Shown piece after piece: positions 25,717 through 32,000 of a stretch of 32,000 bases of DNA. The notes beneath the pieces were generated by a model. The model ran no database searches, was not told the origin of the DNA, and worked only from the letters and a program-made list of their open reading frames with translations. The stretch's first letter is position 1. Every line of letters begins with the position of its first letter. The position numbers and the translations under genes were made by a program. Source of the DNA: Haloquadratum walsbyi C23 (GTDB lineage Archaea > Halobacteriota > Halobacteria > Halobacteriales > Haloferacaceae); NCBI RefSeq assembly GCF_000237865.1, contig NC_017459.1, forward strand, positions 1,440,001 through 1,472,000, read 5' to 3'.

Positions 25717-26083
25717 TATTTTACGTATATCCCAACAATAAATAAAAATTGGTGAACTACCCCACCCGCTCGCCTGACGGCTCGCGCTTGAGGGTGGACC
25801 TTCCTGATTCCACGACGCGCTTTGCAGATACAGGCGTATCCGCAGGGAGCGGAGTATCTACATCTACAGGCGTTGACGAGAGCGGAGCTCTCGTTCGTAC
25901 ATCAGAATTGTTCCGCGATGCTGAGGACGTTGATTCGAAACGTCCCGCTCCTAACTGCTTCGTGATACCGATACCGCGAGAAGAATAGACCCATATCCTT
26001 CAGCCGCCAACGTGGTATAATATCCAGATATCAGTCTTAATCTCGGACTTTATCAGATATGATGTCTGAGTTCCTATCGTACT

Positions 26084-26491
26084 ATGGAAATAACTGAGGA
26101 CACGAAAATCGATGCATCAGAAAAGGCAGTTGAATGGATAAAAGATCTGTACAGAGCGGTCGATAACACCGATGAGGCGGGTTTTGCGGATGCTTTTACT
26201 GAAGAAGGGTGCCTTACCTGGGGCAATCAGGACATGATAACAGGGTCAAAAAAGATCGAGGAGTATATCGGTGAGTTTTTCTGTTCAATCGATACCTTGG
26301 ATCATAGTTTCAGCGGCATCTGGTCAATTGAGGGGACTGAAGATGCTGATGACATCCTCACAGTTGAAGCGGACGTGACATACACACGCCACGATGGGTC
26401 ACGTATAATCGTTCCCGCAACTACAATTATTGAGCGTGATGAGAAAAAGGCAAAGGCTGCCCGAATATACGTCGATATTAGCGCTCTGTGA
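26084..26491 (+). CDS. SnoaL/NTF2-like fold protein
   Basis: The 135-aa ORF begins with a typical SnoaL-like N-terminus (..AVEWIKDLYRAVDNTDEAGFADAFTEEGCLTWGN..). Its size and pattern fit the NTF2-like superfamily. The function is unknown. Confidence 0.65.
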   Translation: MEITEDTKIDASEKAVEWIKDLYRAVDNTDEAGFADAFTEEGCLTWGNQDMITGSKKIEEYIGEFFCSIDTLDHSFSGIWSIEGTEDADDILTVEADVTYTRHDGSRIIVPATTIIERDEKKAKAARIYVDISAL

Positions 26492-26856
26492 ACTCCCCCG
26501 CCCTACCGCGATTGTTATGAGCTAGGCGGACTACAGCGCTTGTTGAAGACGGGGACTTAGCGCCTGCATTCACCTAAATAATTCAATGTTCGAAATCAGA
26601 CGGTGATCTACAATTCTTTATCATCGAACCTACTATTTGAGAGTTCAACAAAATATATCCTCGCTGTAGCTTTTTCGCCAGACTCCAATGCCGAACAGTC
26701 AGATGCCCTGTGATAGCAGACGATCAATCGCTTCGACTTCTGTAGAGCGAATCCCACTATCAGGAAGTCAGCTAATGATCATGGTTAGTTGCGAATATCT
26801 CGCCAGCTTTGGAAGAACAGAACCTCTGAAACGGGGTGGTCGATGATTTCCCACAG

Positions 26857-27211
26857 TCAGAGCGACGGCATTTCATGTTTGAATAAAAATGGTTGGTAGT
26901 TAGTCTCGTCCGTGTTAGTGTATTGGAAGTGTATTGGAAGTGTACAGGACCAAGATCAGGATGGTCTTCGTCCTGATACCAGCCAGCGTGGAAGCCTGTA
27001 TTCGGGTCGCTATGGTTGACCCGGAACCAATCGCTGGGGGTCTACCAGTAGCAGATGACGGTTACTGTCGGCGATTCTAGCCTTATCTCTATATCAAGGC
27101 GAGATCAAATGTCGCTTGGAATTGCCCTGCCTTCGCCCGGTCGGGGATGGACTCAACGCAATTACGACCGGGGGACTGACCTCCCTCACCGGAGTTGTCG
27201 CCGCGGGTCAT
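26857..27211 (-). pseudogene. decayed hypothetical gene (stops plus an 11-bp tandem duplication)
   Basis: The minus strand starts MTRGDNSGEGGQSPGRNCVESIPDRAKAGQFQATFDLALI*. After stops it continues ..SDWFRVNHSDPNTGFHAGWYQDEDHPDLGPVHFQYT... Removing one copy of the 11-bp duplication restores ..FQYTNTDETNYQPFLFKHEMPSL* ending at 26857. Confidence 0.4.
26918..26944. repeat. 11-bp tandem duplication GTGTATTGGAA x2.4
   Basis: The sequence reads GTGTATTGGAA GTGTATTGGAA GTGTA directly. Confidence 0.9.
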
Positions 27212-27774
27212 GCTTGCAGGTTCGCTTCTTGACTTGATATAGCTTAAGCAGAGTTTGTCCTATATTGAGCTAAATCACACTGGTAATCGGAGATCATTGC
27301 TCTCGAAGGGCGTGGATGCACCCAATCAATTCCGGGAACAGCAGGGAATGTTATCGAGCAATCATATATCTGGAGAAAGTGCTTGCGTCAGCACCCACAG
27401 GTGTGCACCCGATCAGTGTTTGCCCGCGTTCGTCAGATAGCCGATGAGCGTGTTCGGCGGTGACGGCGAGTTCTGTGATTTGTTTGCAGTCATTTGCTGG
27501 GGCTTCGCTCCTGAGTGGCTCATTTATTTGCTTTGACCCACATCGAGGGAATAAAAAATCCCATCTCGTTATTTTTATTATATATATCAGACTTTTTTCG
27601 AATGGCACAATGTTACATAGGAGAGTGCATACACGGTCAAAAAGAAAAACATTAATCCAGTGATAAAACTGAATGGGTGACCTAGAAAATACATATCGAT
27701 CTGACATCACACTGATAGTAATACTACAACTGTTTGGAGTGACTCTGATATATACACTTACTTTCGGCTACATT

Positions 27775-29283
27775 CGCTAGTTGTCCACTCTACCGATAAC
27801 CGCAGCCGCGAAAGTAAAACTTCACGTCCGGAAGACGTCGAAACAAGACAAAGACGCCAACAGCTGTCTCAGTGACCTAAACAGATATCGAGTTTACTAC
27901 TTGTCTCTACTGAGCTCTGTGTTGAAGCCGCAATTCAGATACAGCTGTCGCTGGTCGCCAGCCTCGCTTCGCCTGAAGCGAGGCGGCTTACCCGAGTCCG
28001 TGTTCGTGCCCTGCTGGTAGTCCCTGGCCGTTCGTCTGGTGTTCATCTTTCCAGCCGAGCTCATCGTCCAGCACCTCTTCGACCCCATGGAGAAACGCGT
28101 CGTTGAACGTGAAATCGGTCGGAAGTGCTCGCCCGCCACGCCGTGGCCGGGCGAGCACTGCCCACTGCAACACAACCCACAACTGCTCCAGCAGGAACCC
28201 AACGCCCACGTAGAACAGCCGAATTGTCGTCGATGGTGTTGTTGTCAGAGCACGCGCTTTCCGGAATGTCTCGTAGCTCTTCTCAATCTGTGCCCGGTGA
28301 TTGTAGACCTGCGCCACTTGCCGCGGCGTTCGGTCTTCCAGACCGTACGCCGCGTATCCTGTCTATTTGAGCCCTGACTTCCCGCGATCTCCGTTTTGAT
28401 ACGTGACGTTGACCGCCAGTGGATACGTTTGCTCGTGCTCTTTCCCTTCGCAGATTATCTCCTCATTCATGTACGATGAACCCGTTGTGAGCTTCTCTTC
28501 GAGGGTTTTTTTCCCGGTTCTCACCGGAAAGACCGGCGGTGCTGCCTCACGGAGAACGCCAATTAACTCGCCACAGAAGGCGTCTCTGTCCATGAGAATC
28601 TGATCGATCTCGAACGGGTAAGTCTTGACGCGGGCGAGCACGCGCTCGACCGCGTCGGCCTTGCTATCTTTGCCATCAACCGGTTCAACCGCCAGCGTCA
28701 GCGGCTTCCCCTGTGCAAGAACAAACGCTGTACAGTAGCGGTGACACTTTGTAGTGCCGTCGCGGGCACTCATCCGCCGGAATTCGTCTTCATCGTCTGG
28801 ACAGCCGTGGAATGGGTTGTTCATGAAGTCGATGCAGATGGTTCTCGACCCGTCGCGGTCGAGAACCGTCATAGCTACCAGCGCGAGAATGTCGTTAACA
28901 GCATCAAGCATTGTCTCTTTTTCCAGCGTGTGGAGCCAATCCATCACTGTCTCCCGGTTTGGTGTGTCCTCAGTGCTGGTTGTGACACCGTTGACCGATG
29001 TCTGGTCAACAGCAGCCCGTAAAACGACTTCCATGATCTGGTCGGAATCGAGGTCGGAGCCCTCGATTCCTTCCATGGGTATCAACTCAAGCAACTCCAT
29101 GCTAAGAGATTTCAGCTGGCTGTTCGAAATGAACTCGTCCGGATCGGTGAGGATTCGTTTGAGCTTTGGTAGGTTCACGTCACCCACATCCGGGCAGCGG
29201 ATGAATCAGCTTCCTGATTCACCCGCTTCATCTGGCACTATATGTCAGCGACGGCATCACTGAGACAGAGTGGACAACTAGCG
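27775..29283 (-). mobile_element. insertion sequence, ISH3/IS4-related (1509 bp) with 17-bp perfect terminal inverted repeats and a 5-bp target duplication
   Basis: IR-L is CGCTAGTTGTCCACTCT at 27775-27791. IR-R is AGAGTGGACAACTAGCG at 29267-29283, its exact reverse complement. Direct repeats ACATT flank the element at 27770-27774 and 29284-29288. A single DDE transposase frame lies inside. Confidence 0.9.
27988..29187 (-). pseudogene. DDE transposase (ISH3/IS4-like) interrupted by one in-frame TAG
   Basis: ORFs 28363..29187 and 27988..28317 are in the same frame (29187-28317=870). They are separated only by TAG at 28363-28365: ..NGDRGKSGLK*TGYAAYGLEDRTPRQVAQVYNHRAQIEKSYE... DDE-like D residues occur in ICIDFMNN and LMDRDAF, and a Y-x2-R-x3-E motif in YNHRAQIE. 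The start is GTG. Confidence 0.8.
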
Positions 29284-29359
29284 ACATTGGACATTAGCTC
29301 TTTGAGTGCGGACGCTGCAAGGTCAAATTATGAAGTCGTTCATCAAAATCTGCATTTCG

Positions 29360-29398
29360 ATAACAATACTTAATATTTTCTTGGGCATGAATTGTTAT
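29360..29398. promoter_or_regulatory. inverted repeat ATAACAAT-N23-ATTGTTAT spanning the nikR promoter, an operator candidate
   Basis: Perfect 8-bp arms lie at 29360-29367 and 29391-29398. The right arm abuts ATG 29399. The AT-rich TATA-like TTAATATTTT lies inside the spacer. Confidence 0.4.
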
Positions 29399-29827
29399 AT
29401 GAGCGTTGTCAGCGTCTCAATGCCTGAAGAATTGCTTGAGCGAATTGATCAGTTTGCTGATGATCATGGCTACACAGGTCGGAGTGAGGTATTTCGAGAG
29501 GCAAGTCGGAATCTGTTAGAGGAGTTTGAGGATAAACGACTCGAAAATCGTGAATTAATGGGTATCGTGACGGTCGTGTTTGATTATGAAACAACGAATG
29601 TCGAGGAAAAAATGATGCACCTTCGGCATGAACATGAGGATATCGTCGCTTCGAATTTCCATAGTCACGTTGGCGGTCATCACTGTATGGAATTATTCGT
29701 TCTTGAGGGATCACTCGAGACGATCTCGACATTCGTCGGCAAGATTCGCGCCACAAAGAATACGCTCACGATTGATTACTCCGTGTTGCCGGTTGATGAC
29801 TTTGGTCCGCTTGCAGAAATGACGTAG
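29399..29827 (+). CDS. nikR: NikR-family nickel-responsive ribbon-helix-helix regulator
   Basis: The ORF is 29306..29827, with the likely start at ATG 29399 ([40 protein letters not shown], an RHH N-terminus). The C-terminal ACT-like domain carries an H-x-H-x5-C metal site ([10 protein letters not shown]) plus an upstream HLRHEHE. Confidence 0.85.
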
Positions 29828-29924
29828 AGGACGTGTTCATTGAGTATCGTCTTCAGTCTCAGTCTACTCGCTTGCTCCGTTGCTGATTTCGATTGATCGT
29901 GAGCTGTCCTTTCAGCTATTTTAG

Positions 29925-30071
29925 AGGGTGTCATAGAACGGTTAGCATGGTTTTCTGATATCGATCGAGAGGACTGCTCTTGCTGCTTTTGAATAGCGGC
30001 AATATTTTTTATCTCTCAGATGCTGGCTTTCTGAAAGCTACTGAGGTGTGTGAATCGTTCTATGACACCCT
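29925..30071. repeat. 16-bp perfect inverted repeat pair enclosing 115 bp (MITE-like or long stem-loop) in a convergent intergenic region
   Basis: AGGGTGTCATAGAACG lies at 29925-29940 and CGTTCTATGACACCCT at 30056-30071. ATTTTA occurs on both flanks (29918-29923, 30073-30078). An internal near-palindrome GCTTTCTGAAAGC lies at 30026-30038. Confidence 0.6.
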
Positions 30072-30151
30072 GATTTTATACTAGGTGGGCGCTCTGAGAT
30101 ATGCAACTAGTATCATCAACATCGATATCGCAGCGCTGCAAAATATTCAGA

Positions 30152-31219
30152 TCACGTCTTTTGAGATGCGGACTTGTGCGTCAGATACCACGCGGTAATG
30201 AATCCGCCACTGAGTGCTGGAATCCAAAACGCACTCGCACGATATAGTAGTGCCGCCGCGCCAGCGACTGCTGAGGACATACCTGTCATAGTCACGAGCG
30301 CTCCGGTCAATATTGTTTCTGCGGCTCCAAGACCGCCTGGTGTCGGTGCAACTGCACCGAGTTTGGCGATTGGAATAACGAGTAAGACCGTTACGAATAA
30401 TGACTCAGCACCAAGCGCTGTAAGTGCTGTCCAGAGAATTCCCGCAATGAAAATCTGTCCAGCCATGCACAACCCAAATACAAGCGCTAGTTGTGCTGGC
30501 GCAGTTGCGAGCAACTCTAATGCCTCAATAAATTGCACCCCGTGCTGTTGAAACCGTTGTTGTGATGGAGCGGTAATCCGCGGGAGATAATCAAGCGGTT
30601 TCGATATAATTGAGAGTACCCAACTACTGTAATCAACAAACATGTATCGATACTGCCATAAAAATCCGACCGCAAACACGGCGGCGACTATGACACCAGT
30701 GAGTGTGAAAATTGCCGTATTAAATGCCCGTTCAACAACGAGTTGCCATCCCAAATAACTCGCAGCAAGGAAGCCTAAAAACAGCGATGCAAGACGATTT
30801 GTTGCATTTATTACCCCGATTGCTGCCAATGCTGTTTCAAAATCAGTCCCAAGTGCTCGCTTAATTAACAGCGCAGCGGGGGGATTCCCGCCAAGCTGTC
30901 CAAACGGTGTGATGGTGTTGAGAAATCCCGATGCATTCATGAGTAATATTGAGACAACAAAACTTCCTTCATGTCCAAGTCGGCGAAGAATAACGTAGAA
31001 ACCACTTCCCCACAGGATCATCGGAACAATACTAATCAGAAGTAAGAATCCAAATTGCCAGGACGAAACGCTCGTCAGCGCCTGCCACAGTGCACTCGGA
31101 CCGATAAGCCAGGTATACCCTACAGCAAAAATGATACTAATGAATATACACCCCAAAATTTGGGACCATCGATTACGGATATTCAGCGAGCATATTGACA
31201 CACTATTTGATTCTGTCAT
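30152..31219 (-). CDS. UPF0104 / lysylphosphatidylglycerol-synthase-TM-like (flippase-like) membrane protein
   Basis: The 355-aa polytopic ORF has the family-typical P-x-GG-x-G-x-x-E motif (APTPGGLGAAETIL) near the C-terminus and FGQLGGNP mid-protein. Confidence 0.75.
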   Translation of the reverse strand: MTESNSVSICSLNIRNRWSQILGCIFISIIFAVGYTWLIGPSALWQALTSVSSWQFGFLLLISIVPMILWGSGFYVILRRLGHEGSFVVSILLMNASGFLNTITPFGQLGGNPPAALLIKRALGTDFETALAAIGVINATNRLASLFLGFLAASYLGWQLVVERAFNTAIFTLTGVIVAAVFAVGFLWQYRYMFVDYSSWVLSIISKPLDYLPRITAPSQQRFQQHGVQFIEALELLATAPAQLALVFGLCMAGQIFIAGILWTALTALGAESLFVTVLLVIPIAKLGAVAPTPGGLGAAETILTGALVTMTGMSSAVAGAAALLYRASAFWIPALSGGFITAWYLTHKSASQKT

Positions 31220-32000
31220 GCTACAGTGAGAGTGAGAGTGAGGAGTTACTGTTGACCCAGCCCGTTTGTAAACTGATTATAAGTTAGTCTACTCAAGCTT
31301 CAATATGTGAGTATTCGTTAGCCTGATATCTTAATTTCTTGTAAGTGCACTATAGATCGGTATCGAGAGTATATATTGATCAGTATTATTTCTTCTCTCG
31401 AGTATTACACATGTCGATAGTATTGATTGTTGATAATTGACGGTCGACGATTGATGAACCAATATATACAATAACATAATTTGAATTATCACATAATGTT
31501 CTTTTTATCACTTATTTCATATATAATGATCTTGACGATCGAGTCTTGTCATCACGCTCATGAGTGAGTTACCCTCTATAGAGATATGTGACGACGGTAT
31601 GACCGTCATTCATATGAGAATACGCTCGTGGGGGCACTCCATCCAGTGGTCACTCAATTGATTCCCCGCAGCCAGGACACATAGCTCCCTCCGATGTTGA
31701 GACGGGGGCGACCGAGATCTGACAGGTGCTTCTGTCAATCGCTTTTCCAGGGCATACATACAAGCATTATTCCATTTTAATCTCTCATGATTCAGATTCA
31801 TAATTATCATTATCATCATAATTGATTTTACTGATATGAAGGAAATGAGTGATATCCAGTTGTAACTACCACAGGAAAGGTCTGAATTTATTATTTTGAC
31901 GACAACGGCGATGTCTCGCGTGAAGTACCACGGGCGCGGTAGCCCGTGGCTTCGCCGTGGTCTCTGGCGGGAAACCAACGAAACGATCGGTGGCGAATTT

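Noticed and set aside
25749-25988. A 79-aa plus ORF (and an open minus frame) in the GC-rich patch between the ZIP and SnoaL-like genes
   Set aside because: Both frames are low-complexity (S/T/G/D/V-rich) and lack motifs. It could be a remnant or an RNA, but I found no convincing stems or coding signal.
27255-27710. ORFs 27255..27440 (+) and 27351..27710 (-) left of the IS
   Set aside because: The N-terminal half of the minus ORF is AT-rich nonsense (F/I/Y/K-rich). The C-terminal stretch (..ITELAVTAEHAHRLSDERGQTLIG..) and a neighbouring frame (..LLFPELIGCIHALREQ*) may be further remnants, but no family was recognised.
31610-31978. A 122-aa minus ORF, and an alternative frame ending ..VCPGKAIDRSTCQISVAPVSTSEGAMCPGCGESIE* that looks like a CPxCG zinc microprotein
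   Set aside because: The long ORF contains an (I/M)-rich AT-tract translation and is not credible. The zinc-finger-like frame is closed by TAA just upstream of its first Cys and has only a TTG as a possible start. It is not supportable.
31911-32000. A plus-strand ATG ORF running off the right edge (MSRVKYHGRGSPWLRRGLWRETNETIGGEF..), plus the hairpin CCACGGG-N8-CCCGTGG at ~31938-31959
   Set aside because: Only 30 codons are visible, and they are basic and uninformative. I cannot distinguish a gene start from non-coding GC-rich DNA.

Overview
This is a mosaic, accessory-type region that looks like a halophilic archaeon, judged from acidic proteins, AT-rich TATA promoters close to start codons and an ISH-type insertion sequence. 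This assignment is inference; no search was run. The background is fairly AT-rich and carries clearly GC-rich islands, judged by eye. Left edge: a GC-rich Zn/Mn-type ABC transporter operon (ATPase, permease) is translationally coupled to an FAD/NAD(P) oxidoreductase gene. That gene has been split by a low-GC HTH/PIN toxin-antitoxin cassette and then eroded. 3.9-6.2 kb holds a 50-aa double C2H2 zinc-finger ORF missed by the ORF track, a hairpin-bounded MITE-like element with a GC-rich core, a wHTH gene and a decayed AbiEi/AbiEii pair. Next come an FAD monooxygenase, an MgtC/DUF4010-like membrane protein and a GC-rich block of gene remnants. The centre (11.7-20.5 kb) is an assimilatory nitrate cluster arranged narK <- nasA(1) <- | -> nirA -> nasA(2) -> orf93. 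It therefore has two diverged NasA paralogues in inverted orientation around nirA. The right third is AT-rich. It contains a 57-bp perfectly alternating pyrimidine-purine hexanucleotide microsatellite, and two paralogous polytopic membrane proteins flanking a 361-aa GNAT-fusion protein; this trio is my best candidate for an undescribed module. It also contains a ZIP transporter, a SnoaL-like protein and an ISH3/IS4-type IS with perfect 17-bp IRs and a 5-bp TSD but an amber-interrupted transposase. The remaining features are an orphan nikR with a palindromic operator candidate, a ~149-bp MITE-like inverted repeat and a UPF0104-type membrane protein. No rRNA, tRNA or CRISPR array was seen.
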